A stretch of DNA of 36,671 bases from assembly GCA_012962735.1 (NCBI GenBank), contig DTXA01000509.1, positions 1 through 36,671 on the forward strand, given 5' to 3'. Both the position numbers and the translations under genes were made by a program. The notes beneath the pieces are model-generated. The model was given only the letters and a program-made list of their open reading frames with translations, was not told where the DNA came from and did no database searches. Source of the DNA: Candidatus Latescibacterota bacterium (GTDB lineage Bacteria > Latescibacterota > 4484-107 > B68-G9). Of this stretch, positions 28,497 to 36,671 are shown piece after piece (positions within the stretch are counted from its first letter, which is position 1; each line of letters begins with the position of its first letter).

Positions 28497-31076
28497 TCAC
28501 CATACCTCCATAGGCGTCTTTACACGCCCCTCAAGCTCCACGAACAGCCCCGTCCGGACCACCCGAAGGAGCCGCACCCTCTCCTCGGGCCATCCCAAAA
28601 GGGCCTTCAATACCTCATAGGGCCGGGGGCTGTGTTCCCCTCCCACCGAAAGCCGCATCTCTAAGGCACGACCTTTCTCCGGGCTCAAAGCCCGCACCCC
28701 CGGCCTAATGTCCACCGTGCGCTCCTCTCCCTTAACGTTGCGCCGCACCGGAACCCGTTCTTGCTCCATAAATCGGGCGACCAGTTCCTCCAGCTCCATC
28801 TGTCCCTCAAACTCCACCCGATAGACCGCCAGGGAGATGGCAGAGTTCAGCGCCGGCGTCTTCCCGAACATCGGCTTGGCCTCCAAGGCACGGAACCCCT
28901 CAGGCAACACCCTGTTCAGGGCCACTACGATGTCCCTGGGATATGGCTCGGCTAAGCGGATATCTATGTACTCCGCGGTGCTCTCCATCCCCAACGGCAA
29001 AGGCGGACCGAACGAGAGCCTGGGCCTGGGGTGGAACCCCTGGGAGTACGCCACCGGTACCTTAGCCCTCCGCACGACCCTCTCGAAGGTCCTCACCGTA
29101 TCCAAGTGCCCCAAGAACCTGGCCATCCCCTCCTTCGCATATCTGACCCTGAGCATAGAGCGGGCGATGGGTTCCGAGGCGAAGCTCCTCCTCGGCCTCC
29201 GGCCGTAACGGGTGGCCTCTCCCGTCTCCTCGGATGGTCCGGCATCCGGCCTCAAAAGGAGCCCGGGCGAGCAGACCTCCCTGCCGCAACCGATGCATAC
29301 CCCACTCCGACAGTCCAGCGTGACTTCCCCACTGAAGGCCTTCTCCCTCTCCCGCCTCAAAAACTCTCTTTCAACCCAGGACCTTATGTGGTCCCAGGGC
29401 AGGGGAGCCTCTACCTCCCTCGGCCCGGCTTCCCGGTGCAGATCTACCCCTGCCTCCCTGAAGGCCTCGGCCCACCTGCGGAAATCGAAGAACTCCCCCC
29501 ACTCGTCGAACTTAGCCCCCCGCTCCCAGGCCCCCCTGACCACCTCCCAAAGCCTCCTGTCGCCCCTTGCCAAGGCCGTCTCTAAAAGCGTCACCTCCAG
29601 CCTCCTCCACCTCAAGACCACGTTCGGAATCCTCCTCAACCCCCTCTGGAGGTAAGACAACTTCCTCCGCAGGGAGGCCATATCCTCCATCCCCTCCCAC
29701 TGGAAAGGCGTGTGGGGCTTCGGGGAGAAGGGGGAGATGGACACGTGCAACCTCCGGTTCCTGCCGTGCTCCCTGGCCACTTGGGCTGCGCGGCGCACTA
29801 ACTGCACTATCCCCTCCACATCCTCCCATCCCTCCGTGGGCAGGCCGAGCATAAAGTACAACTTTACAGTGGTCCATCCCTTCCCGTAAGCTATCCGCAC
29901 CGCCCGGAGCAGGTCCTCGTCCTTAATATCTTTGTTTATCACGTTCCTCAGACGCTGCGTCCCGGCTTCCGGAGCGAATGTGATGCCTGCTCGCCTCACC
30001 TGGCTGGCCGCCTCCGCGAGCTCCTCGGTGAACGAGTCGGGCCGAAGCGAGGGTAGGGATAGTGCCACACGCTGGGGCACTAAGAACTCGTTCGCTCGTT
30101 CTAACAGGGGGTAAAGCCCGCCGTAGTCCGAGGTGGAAAGCGAAAGCAGGGAGATCTCCTCCCATCCCGCGGCCCCCACCCACCTTTTTATATCCTCCAA
30201 AACCTCGGCCACAGGCCGCTCCCTGACCGGACGGTACGTCATCCCGGCATTGCAGAACCTACACCCCCGGGTACAGCCCCGCATCAACTCCACCGGGATG
30301 TGGTCGTAAGCTATATCCACCAAGGGAACGATCGGCGAAGCCGGGTAGTGCTCAGGCCGGAGCCGGACCCATCTGGCCTCCACGACCTCCGGGATCCCAT
30401 CTTCCTTCGGGGATATCCCCGAAAACCTCCCGTCCTCGTACCGCACCTTGTAGAGCGAAGGAACGTACACCCCGGGGACCTGAGCCAAAGCCCGAAGCCT
30501 CTCCCTCCGGGGAGCTCCGGAACGCTTCAGCTCCTTCCACAGGTCCAATATCTCCCCTATGGCATCCTCCCCGTCCCCTACGACGATGGCGTCCAAGCAG
30601 GGTGCTAAAGGTTCGGGGTTGTACGCCCCTGCTCCTCCGGCTAAGATCAGGGGGTCCCCCTCCCTCCGTTCCTCCGAGAGCAGGGGAATTCCGGCGAGGT
30701 CCAACATATTCAATATGTTTGTGTAAGTCAATTCGTACGGGAGTGTAAACCCCACTATGTCGAACTCGCGCACGGGGCGCTTGCTCTCTAAGGAGAAAAG
30801 GGGTATCCCCCACCTCCGCATCTCCTCCTCCATATCGGGCCAGGGGGCGAATACCCGCTCGGCTAAAGCATCCTCCCTCCGGTTGATGAGATGATAGAGG
30901 ATGGCGAACCCCAGATAGTTCCCTCCCACATCGTAGGCGTCCGGAAAAGCCAACGCCACCTGAAGCTCCACATCCTCGGGACGCTTGCGCACCGTATGCC
31001 ATTCGTTCCCCAGATACCGTCCCGGCTTGGACACCAACGGCAGAAACCTCTCAACCTGCTCCCAAAGTCCCTTCAT
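28497..31076 (-). CDS. B12-binding-domain radical SAM protein (TIGR03960-like) fused to a DUF2344/TIGR03936-like C-terminal domain
   Basis: 859-aa ORF. N-terminus VSKPGRYLGNEWH...ALAFPDAYDVGGNYLGFAILYHLIN. Radical SAM cluster motif MRGCTRGCRFCNAG (CX3CX2C). The C-terminal ~230 aa (LRVRYAKEGMARFLGHLDTVRTFERVVRRAKVPVAYSQGFHPRPRLSFGPPLPLG) match the DUF2344 pattern. Its ATG overlaps the gamma-subunit stop (ATGA at 31073-31076). Confidence 0.85.
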   Translation of the reverse strand: MKGLWEQVERFLPLVSKPGRYLGNEWHTVRKRPEDVELQVALAFPDAYDVGGNYLGFAILYHLINRREDALAERVFAPWPDMEEEMRRWGIPLFSLESKRPVREFDIVGFTLPYELTYTNILNMLDLAGIPLLSEERREGDPLILAGGAGAYNPEPLAPCLDAIVVGDGEDAIGEILDLWKELKRSGAPRRERLRALAQVPGVYVPSLYKVRYEDGRFSGISPKEDGIPEVVEARWVRLRPEHYPASPIVPLVDIAYDHIPVELMRGCTRGCRFCNAGMTYRPVRERPVAEVLEDIKRWVGAAGWEEISLLSLSTSDYGGLYPLLERANEFLVPQRVALSLPSLRPDSFTEELAEAASQVRRAGITFAPEAGTQRLRNVINKDIKDEDLLRAVRIAYGKGWTTVKLYFMLGLPTEGWEDVEGIVQLVRRAAQVAREHGRNRRLHVSISPFSPKPHTPFQWEGMEDMASLRRKLSYLQRGLRRIPNVVLRWRRLEVTLLETALARGDRRLWEVVRGAWERGAKFDEWGEFFDFRRWAEAFREAGVDLHREAGPREVEAPLPWDHIRSWVEREFLRREREKAFSGEVTLDCRSGVCIGCGREVCSPGLLLRPDAGPSEETGEATRYGRRPRRSFASEPIARSMLRVRYAKEGMARFLGHLDTVRTFERVVRRAKVPVAYSQGFHPRPRLSFGPPLPLGMESTAEYIDIRLAEPYPRDIVVALNRVLPEGFRALEAKPMFGKTPALNSAISLAVYRVEFEGQMELEELVARFMEQERVPVRRNVKGEERTVDIRPGVRALSPEKGRALEMRLSVGGEHSPRPYEVLKALLGWPEERVRLLRVVRTGLFVELEGRVKTPMEVW

Positions 31077-31609
31077 AGCCCCTTCTCCCCTATCCAGTAT
31101 CCCAAGGCCAAAGCCTCCCGGTTGGCCTTCAACAGATCTCCCTTCTGGAGTCTGCCCAAAGCTTCTTGTAGGGACCTCAACCGCACTATTCCGGTCTTCC
31201 CCCCCACGACCCCCAACATGACCATGTTCGCAGATCTAACCGACCACCGCTCCATAGCAATTACCAAGGCCGGCACCGACACGCAGGTCCTGCCCTCGCC
31301 GTCGAAATCCTCTGGAAAGGCTTCGGCGCTGAGGAATATAGTCCCTCCGGGCTTTGCAGAGGGCCCGAACTGCTCCAAAAGCCCCGGGTCCATTAACACC
31401 AGCACGTCCGGCTCCTCCACGATCGGGGAGGCGATCTCCTGGTCCGAGAGCATCACCGAGCACTGGGTCAGCCCCCCCCGCACCTCCGCGCCGTACACCG
31501 GGAAGTAGCTCACCTCCCTTCCTTCCGTCATGGCCGCGTAGGCTAAAAGCGTCCCCATTACCAGCACCCCCTGCCCCCCTCGGCCGGCTATGAAAACCTC
31601 GGTGTACAC
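31073..31609 (-). CDS. 2-oxoacid:ferredoxin oxidoreductase, gamma subunit
   Basis: 178-aa ORF with a GTG start and GGAGGG SD. FIAGRGGQGVLVMGTLLA is the typical gamma-subunit N-terminus. Confidence 0.85.
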   Translation of the reverse strand: MYTEVFIAGRGGQGVLVMGTLLAYAAMTEGREVSYFPVYGAEVRGGLTQCSVMLSDQEIASPIVEEPDVLVLMDPGLLEQFGPSAKPGGTIFLSAEAFPEDFDGEGRTCVSVPALVIAMERWSVRSANMVMLGVVGGKTGIVRLRSLQEALGRLQKGDLLKANREALALGYWIGEKGL

Positions 31610-31618
31610 TCTACCCTC

Positions 31619-32356
31619 CTACGCTTTGATCTCCCCCAACCCATAAAACGGCACCATCTTCTCCTCCACCCATGCTATAGCCTCCCGGGGGTCTACATGC
31701 CAGTTCGACGGGCAGGGAGAGAGCACCTCCACCAGCGAAAACCCCTGGTCCTCCATTTGGGCCTGTATCGCCCTCCTTATGTACCGCTTCACCGTTCTCA
31801 CGTTCCCCGGAGAGGTCACGGTCCCCCGCGCTATGTACACCGCCCCATCCAATCCCTCCAACAACTCGCACACCCGCAAAGGGAACCCGTCCCGCCTCGG
31901 GTTCCGTCCTGAAGGGGTCGTCGTGGTCCTCTGACCTAAAAGCGTCGTAGGGGCCATCTGCCCCCTTGTCATCCCGTATACAGCGTTGTTCACGTACACC
32001 ACCGTGATCCTCTCCCCCCGGTTGGCCGCATGTAAGATCTCGGCAGCCCCTATGGCCGCGAGGTCTCCATCCCCCTGATAGACCAAGATGACGTGGTCCG
32101 GAAGGGCTCGCTTGAGCCCCGTCGCCACCGCCGGAGCCCTCCCGTGTGCCGCCCCTACCATATCGAAGTTGAAATACTCCTCTAAGAAGACTGCACACCC
32201 CACAGGTGCTATACCTACCGTCCTCTCCCTTATCCCGAGTTCGTCAACCACCTCGGCCACAAGCCGGGTGACGATGCCGTGTCCGCACCCCGGACAATAC
32301 CGGAATGGCACATCCGCCAGGCTCTCCGGCCTCCTGTAAGCTCTGAGCAGCTTCAT
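31619..32356 (-). CDS. 2-oxoacid:ferredoxin oxidoreductase, beta (TPP-binding) subunit
   Basis: 245-aa ORF. YCPGCGHG cluster motif, and GDGDLAAIG with NNAVYGMTRGQ (TPP/Mg binding). Confidence 0.9.
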   Translation of the reverse strand: MKLLRAYRRPESLADVPFRYCPGCGHGIVTRLVAEVVDELGIRERTVGIAPVGCAVFLEEYFNFDMVGAAHGRAPAVATGLKRALPDHVILVYQGDGDLAAIGAAEILHAANRGERITVVYVNNAVYGMTRGQMAPTTLLGQRTTTTPSGRNPRRDGFPLRVCELLEGLDGAVYIARGTVTSPGNVRTVKRYIRRAIQAQMEDQGFSLVEVLSPCPSNWHVDPREAIAWVEEKMVPFYGLGEIKA

Positions 32357-32363
32357 AATAACC

Positions 32364-33422
32364 TCACCCTCCCTCCGACATCTCCTCTACCCTCCCCAAC
32401 ACCTCCCTCGCCGTGGGTATCCCCCCTCCTGGCCTTCCATAAAGGCTCACCGGACACCTCCCGTCCACCGCAAGCCGCACGTCCTCCACCAACTGCCCCA
32501 GACTCATCTCCACCGCTAAAACCCCCCTGGCCCGCCCGGCGACCTCCATCAAAGCCCCGTAGGGGAAAGGCCAAAGCGTGATGGGCCTGAAAAGGCCGAC
32601 CTTCATCCCCCTTTCCCTCGCCCTACGCATCGCCCCGAGGCATACCCTCGCGCTTGTACCATATGCCACTAAGACCACCTCGGCGTCCTCCAGGCCCACC
32701 CCCTCCCACCGTGCCTCCTTCCGCTCTATCCCCTCGTACTTCTCCCGGAGGTGCAAGTTATGCTCCTCCAAAGCACCTGGAGATAGAAATAGCGATGTAA
32801 CAAGTCGTTTCTGCCTCCCTATCATATATCCCACGGCCCAATCCTTAGGTGGGAGGGGCGGAAAGTCCAGCTTTCGGAACTCTACCGGCTCCATCATCTG
32901 CCCCAGAACAGCATCTACGAGCACTATAACCGGGATGCGATACTTATCCGCTAAATAAAACGCCAACATCGTAAGGTCGGCCATCTCCTGTATCCTGTAC
33001 GGTGCCAGCACGAGCGTACGATAGTCCCCGTGCCCCCCTCCCCTCGTGGCCTGGAAGTAGTCCGCCTGTGAGGCCGCTATGTTCCCCAGCCCGGGTCCAC
33101 CCCTCATCACGTTCACGAGCACGCACGGAAGCTCCGCCCCGGCGAGGTACGAAATCCCCTCCTGCATCAGGCTGATGCCCGGCCCAGAGGAAGATGTCAT
33201 CGTCCGGACCCCAGCCGCCGAGGCCCCGTATATCATATTGATGGCCGCCACTTCGCTTTCGCTCTGCAGGAACACCCCCCCGACCTCGTCCATCCTCCGA
33301 GCCATATAGGCGGTGAGCTCGTTCTGTGGGGTTATTGGGTACCCAAAGTAGAACCGGCACCCTGCCCTGATGGCCGCCTCCCCCAAGGCCTCGTTCCCCT
33401 TCATCAGCACCCGCTCACCCAA
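32364..33422 (-). CDS. 2-oxoacid:ferredoxin oxidoreductase, alpha subunit
   Basis: 352-aa ORF with a TTG start at 33422 (overlaps the delta stop); ATG 33404 is the alternative. LMKGNEALGEAAIRAGCRFYFGYPITPQNE is the canonical alpha N-terminus. Confidence 0.9.
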   Translation of the reverse strand: MGERVLMKGNEALGEAAIRAGCRFYFGYPITPQNELTAYMARRMDEVGGVFLQSESEVAAINMIYGASAAGVRTMTSSSGPGISLMQEGISYLAGAELPCVLVNVMRGGPGLGNIAASQADYFQATRGGGHGDYRTLVLAPYRIQEMADLTMLAFYLADKYRIPVIVLVDAVLGQMMEPVEFRKLDFPPLPPKDWAVGYMIGRQKRLVTSLFLSPGALEEHNLHLREKYEGIERKEARWEGVGLEDAEVVLVAYGTSARVCLGAMRRARERGMKVGLFRPITLWPFPYGALMEVAGRARGVLAVEMSLGQLVEDVRLAVDGRCPVSLYGRPGGGIPTAREVLGRVEEMSEGG

Positions 33423-33645
33423 CCCGCTCCTCCTCGTACACCTCTATGGAGATCGCCGCGTCAGGACATATCGTCGCACAGTTGAAACATCCGATGCACC
33501 TGTCTACGTCCGCGGCACGGGCGTGGGGATATCCCGAATCCCCCACCTCATCCGAAAGCTCTAAGACCCCCACAGGACAGAACTCCACGCAGAATCCACA
33601 CCCCTTACATCGCCCTTCGTCTATATGGAGGTCCACCCTCCTCAT
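33415..33645 (-). CDS. 2-oxoacid:ferredoxin oxidoreductase delta subunit (2x[4Fe-4S] ferredoxin-like)
   Basis: ORF 33415..33657 (TTG) trimmed to ATG 33645 (GGGGG SD 5 nt upstream). Two cluster motifs: CKGCGFCVEFCP and CIGCFNCATICP. The D-A-B-G gene order resembles OorDABC-type enzymes; substrate cannot be decided from sequence alone. Confidence 0.85.
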   Translation of the reverse strand: MRRVDLHIDEGRCKGCGFCVEFCPVGVLELSDEVGDSGYPHARAADVDRCIGCFNCATICPDAAISIEVYEEERVG

Positions 33646-33650
33646 ATGGG

Positions 33651-33664
33651 CCCCCAAAAAGTAT
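33651..33664 (-). repeat. 13-nt core motif, copy D (lgt / oxidoreductase spacer)
   Basis: CCCCCAAAAAGTAT on the plus strand equals ATACTTTTTGGGGG on the coding strand. Here its G-run doubles as the SD of the delta-subunit gene. Confidence 0.5.
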
Positions 33665-33721
33665 TAAGTCCTATCCACGTGGTCTTCCCCGTGCCGTTAA
33701 GCCTCAGCCTCCCCAGAACTT

Positions 33722-34513
33722 TCATCTCCTCCTTCCCAAGTACACCTGCATCCCCAATCCCACCAGGAACAATCCAATGCTCACCACCTGGTTCACCGAG
33801 AGGACCGTCGCCCCTAAGTGTACCTGCATCCCCTCTTCATAGTACCGGGCGAAATCCACTGAGAACCTGGCTACTGCGTACAACATCACGAGAAGCCAAA
33901 ACATGAACCCATCCCACCTCCTAAACCGCTCCGCCCAGAGCAGCAGCCCGAAGATAGCAAGGCCGTACAGCGAGGAGTACAACTGTGTGGGATGTAATCT
34001 AATATCAGGAAACACATATCCTGCTGGGCTCCCGGAGGGGAAGGCCATCGCCCAGGGGAGGGCGGCCGGCCTTCCGAAGCAACACCCGTTCAGGAAACAC
34101 CCGATCCGGGCGAAGAATATCCCTAAGCCCACCGAAGGCGCTACCACATCTGCCGCTCTCCATATCTGGACCTTCTTTTCCCTAAGATATAGTATTCCCA
34201 CGACAACTGCAAGGAGCACTCCCCCGTACAGCGTCAGCCCAGCTATCCCTACCCGCCCACCCTGGAAGGGGTTGATCACATCCCAAGGATGTCCCCTGAA
34301 CTCCCCCCAGTGGAAGGCCGCATAGAAAAGCCTCGCCCCCAAGACCCCGGAGGCCATAACCCAGACCACCAGATTCCCCACCACCTCCCGGGACACTCCG
34401 AACCTCCGAGCCCTCCACAGGGCGAAGTAGACCCCGGCCGCGAATGCCGCGGCCAGCATCACCCCGTACGACCGTATCTCTAACGGGCCCAGCCGAAACA
34501 GCACCGGATACAT
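33722..34513 (-). CDS. lgt: prolipoprotein diacylglyceryl transferase
   Basis: 263-aa polytopic ORF. LGPLEIRSYGVMLAAAF N-terminus, FFARIGCFLNGCCFGRP signature region, and HPTQLYSSLYG. Confidence 0.9.
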   Translation of the reverse strand: MYPVLFRLGPLEIRSYGVMLAAAFAAGVYFALWRARRFGVSREVVGNLVVWVMASGVLGARLFYAAFHWGEFRGHPWDVINPFQGGRVGIAGLTLYGGVLLAVVVGILYLREKKVQIWRAADVVAPSVGLGIFFARIGCFLNGCCFGRPAALPWAMAFPSGSPAGYVFPDIRLHPTQLYSSLYGLAIFGLLLWAERFRRWDGFMFWLLVMLYAVARFSVDFARYYEEGMQVHLGATVLSVNQVVSIGLFLVGLGMQVYLGRRR

Positions 34514-34570
34514 ATATATTCCGATGTTGAAGCAGAGGGCTTAGGCGAGGCGACCTCCTCCAGCTCTCTT

Positions 34571-34599
34571 ATTGTACAGCATATTGGAAGGATTGTCAA
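34571..34599 (-). promoter_or_regulatory. sigma70 promoter of lgt and downstream genes (TTGACA-N17-TACAAT)
   Basis: On the minus strand, -35 is the complement of 34594-34599 and -10 is the complement of 34571-34576, with a 17-nt spacer. It lies about 58 nt upstream of ATG 34513. Confidence 0.6.
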
Positions 34600-34653
34600 T
34601 CCTTTTCCCTAAGCTTCAATGAAACAAAGACATCCATTGTAGGCAAAAGCCTG

Positions 34654-34682
34654 TTGACTTTGGAGAACTTTTTGTCTAAATT
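34654..34682 (+). promoter_or_regulatory. sigma70 promoter of the Zn-ribbon / ybbR-like / tsaD unit (TTGACT-N17-TAAATT)
   Basis: On the plus strand, -35 is 34654-34659 and -10 is 34677-34682, with a 17-nt spacer. It is divergent from the lgt promoter. Confidence 0.55.
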
Positions 34683-34730
34683 ATTTCTAAGTCGTGGGTG
34701 GGGCCCCTGTAGTTAGGGAAGGGGGGGAAG

Positions 34731-34925
34731 ATGATGGAATATGGGTTTCCCAAGTGCATCAAATGCCAGGCCGGTGTGTTGGTACCTTTATCGGACTATG
34801 GGAAGGAAGGATCTGAAATCCGGTATAAGGCATGGGTGTGTACAAATCCGGAGTGTGGGTTCAACCTGAGGATCGACAACGGAGAGATAAGCATCGGAAG
34901 GGAGATAGGCCGCTCCTTCAAATGA
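34731..34925 (+). CDS. small zinc-ribbon protein, unknown function
   Basis: 64-aa ORF with a G-rich SD (GGGGGGGAAG). Four Cys in two knuckles: CIKC ... CTNPEC. It is loosely reminiscent of YgiT/MqsA-type zinc fingers. Confidence 0.6.
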   Translation: MMEYGFPKCIKCQAGVLVPLSDYGKEGSEIRYKAWVCTNPECGFNLRIDNGEISIGREIGRSFK

Positions 34926-34968
34926 CCTCTTGGCCGCAGAAGGACGTTGGGGTAACTGGGCCCCATCC

Positions 34969-35880
34969 ATGACTGTACTAACTATGAAATTCCGAGGAAA
35001 CATAGGTATCAAGGCGGGGGCGCTGTTCCTCGCCGTTTTGTTATGGGCCCATGTGGCCACGGAGAAATACTACGAGGTCACTGTCTCCCTCCCCATAGTG
35101 GTACAGCTCCCCGAGCACATAGCCCTCTCCAGTTCCGTTCCCGAGGCTGCCCAGGTGAAGTTGTGGGGAAAGGGCAAACATCTGCTGCTGTTGCGTTACT
35201 CCGGGACCAAACTCTCCATACGGGCCAACCCAGGAAGTCCGGGGAAGGTGAGCCACGTGCCCTCCCCTATGGACGTGGATATACCCGAAGGCCTCGATGT
35301 CCGGGCCTTAGAGGTGCTCCAGCCGTCGGTCATGGAATTCAGGGTAGACCGCCGCATAGTACGGAAGGTCCCCGTACTTCCCGCCTTAAAGCTATCCCCG
35401 GCGCCCGGGTACATCGTACTTTCCCCTAAGGTCCATCCGGACTCAGTGACGATCTCCGGGCCCAAGGAAGTCGTCCGGAAAGTCCGCGTGCTCTACACGG
35501 ACTCCCTTAGGGCCTCCGCGCTGCGTCGGTCCCTGCGGGGGGAGCTCAGGGTGGCCATCCCATCTCCCTACATCGTCTGCACTCCTCCTACCATCTGGGT
35601 GGAGGTCGATGTACAGCCTATAGTGGAGAGTTGGCTGGAGGGAATACCGGTGCGGCTTATATACTCCCCTAAGGGGGCGTGGGTGGTGCCGAATCGGGTG
35701 GACATCGAGGTGAGAGGCCCTGCCGATGTCCTGGCCAAGCTCTCCCCCGAGGACGTCCAGGCGTACATAGACTACCGCAACGTCCGAGAGGGCAAACCTC
35801 CAGAGCCCTCCTTTCACCTTCCTCCAGGGGTGCAGTTCCTGAGGGCCAGACCATCCTCTTTCCGAGTCCAGCTGCCGTAG
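34969..35880 (+). CDS. YbbR-like (CdaR-type) domain protein
   Basis: ORF 34930..35880 (TTG); I prefer ATG 34969, and ATG 34984 is also possible. None has a clear SD. N-terminal anchor IKAGALFLAVLLWAHV is followed by repeated about 80-aa beta-rich units with the V.P..V.I.GP...V motif (VHPDSVTISGPKEVVRKV, RVDIEVRGPADVLAKL). Confidence 0.75.
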   Translation: MTVLTMKFRGNIGIKAGALFLAVLLWAHVATEKYYEVTVSLPIVVQLPEHIALSSSVPEAAQVKLWGKGKHLLLLRYSGTKLSIRANPGSPGKVSHVPSPMDVDIPEGLDVRALEVLQPSVMEFRVDRRIVRKVPVLPALKLSPAPGYIVLSPKVHPDSVTISGPKEVVRKVRVLYTDSLRASALRRSLRGELRVAIPSPYIVCTPPTIWVEVDVQPIVESWLEGIPVRLIYSPKGAWVVPNRVDIEVRGPADVLAKLSPEDVQAYIDYRNVREGKPPEPSFHLPPGVQFLRARPSSFRVQLP

Positions 35881-35896
35881 AGATATATCTCCAAGA

Positions 35897-35996
35897 AAAG
35901 AGGCTTCTCTTTCGGTCTAATACAAACCAACTGGAGACCTTAGGGGCTCCCAAAAAGATATGGGCGAAGCGAAGAACCTTTTGGGACTATATATAG
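35897..35996. repeat. intergenic structured repeat, copy B (ybbR-tsaD spacer)
   Basis: Same plus-strand orientation as copy A, although the flanking genes are on the opposite strand. Hairpin AAAGAG-GCTT-CTCTTT is at 35897-35912 and the identical 20-mer is at 35907-35926. A 19-nt insertion relative to A follows. The helix TCCCAAAAAG (35948-35957) / CCTTTTGGGA (35977-35986) is present. Confidence 0.7.
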
Positions 35997-36006
35997 AGGT
36001 GTAAAA

Positions 36007-36671
36007 ATGCGAGTGCTCGGCATCGAGACCTCCTGTGACGAGACCGCCGTAGCGGTCTGGGAGGACAATGTGGGGCTCCGCTCCAACATCGTCGCCTCCC
36101 AGGTCGAACATAGCGCATTCGGGGGGGTGGTCCCGGAGCTGGCCTCCCGGGCGCATATCCGCAAGATCATCCCTGTCATCCGCCATTCCCTCTCGGAAGC
36201 CGGTCTTTCCATAAAAGAGGTGGACGGCATAGCTGTCACATATGGCCCCGGACTTATAGGCTCCCTCGTAGTGGGCCTCTCGGTGGCCAAGGCCCTCGCC
36301 CTCGCCCTCAAGGTCCCCCTGATCGGGGTACACCATATAGAGGCCCATCTCTTTTCCTCCCTTATAGAAGCCCCAGACCTCCCCCTCCCCCTGATGGCCC
36401 TCGTGGCCTCCGGCGGGCACACCGAGCTTGTCCTGGTGAGGGATTGGGGAAACTATCGGGTGCTCGGCAGCACGAGGGACGACGCGGATGGCGAGGCCTT
36501 CGACAAAGTGGCGAAGATGCTCAGCTTAGGGTACCCCGGTGGTCCGGAGATAGACCGCCTGGCCCGAATGGGGAACCCTGAGGCGGTCCACTTCCCTCGA
36601 CCCCTTCCAGAGGGCTGGGACTTCAGCTTCAGCGGGCTCAAGACCGCGGTGCTGTATCACCTCGAGGGCCG
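36007..36671 (+). CDS. tsaD: tRNA N6-adenosine threonylcarbamoyltransferase TsaD, N-terminal 221 codons; continues beyond the right edge
   Basis: Absent from the ORF track because it is open at the edge. My translation from ATG 36007 (AGAGGTG SD) is [21 protein letters not shown]...[12 protein letters not shown]...GVHHIEAHL...ASGGHTEL...[29 protein letters not shown]. These are canonical TsaD/Kae1 motifs. Confidence 0.9.
   Translation, partial: MRVLGIETSCDETAVAVWEDNVGLRSNIVASQVEHSAFGGVVPELASRAHIRKIIPVIRHSLSEAGLSIKEVDGIAVTYGPGLIGSLVVGLSVAKALALALKVPLIGVHHIEAHLFSSLIEAPDLPLPLMALVASGGHTELVLVRDWGNYRVLGSTRDDADGEAFDKVAKMLSLGYPGGPEIDRLARMGNPEAVHFPRPLPEGWDFSFSGLKTAVLYHLEG

Overview
Moderately GC-rich, almost fully coding bacterial segment. 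It probably comes from a diderm (outer-membrane barrel, ExbB/ExbD and lgt are present). The Glu/Lys/Arg/Val/Tyr-rich proteins suggest a thermophile. About 30 genes are present, and all but four (clpB, a Zn-ribbon gene, a ybbR-like gene, tsaD) lie on the minus strand. I saw no rRNA, tRNA, CRISPR array, transposase or integrase.

Operon map, read from consensus sigma70 promoters, hairpins and start/stop overlaps:
- (1) A GH35 glycosidase fragment with its own promoter at the left edge.
- (2) An unusual 850-nt gene-poor spacer carrying an orphan consensus promoter.
- (3) Monocistronic clpB, ending at a bidirectional hairpin.
- (4) A 12.8-kb, ten-gene, tightly coupled minus-strand operon (3764-16588). 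It encodes a CUT1-type sugar ABC importer without an ATPase, a class V aminotransferase, a GHL-like TIM-barrel protein, a DUF362 protein, a membrane-fused spermidine-synthase-like/TPR protein, a sugar-phosphate isomerase/epimerase-like protein, an alkaline-phosphatase-superfamily protein and a small lipoprotein.
- (5) A five-gene operon with its own promoter (16680-23318): outer-membrane barrel, 1088-aa TPR protein, ExbB, ExbD, and a TonB/TolA-type anchor fused to a DUF4159-like domain. This is my best candidate for an undescribed trans-envelope system.
- (6) pfk (with PPi-type signature residues), gap and pgk.
- (7) lgt, a four-subunit 2-oxoacid:ferredoxin oxidoreductase, a fused B12-binding radical SAM/DUF2344 protein and RNase G.
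- (8) Zn-ribbon gene, ybbR-like gene, tsaD.

A short structured repeat family and a 13-nt motif recur in intergenic spacers. All family assignments come from motif recognition by eye; no database search was run.
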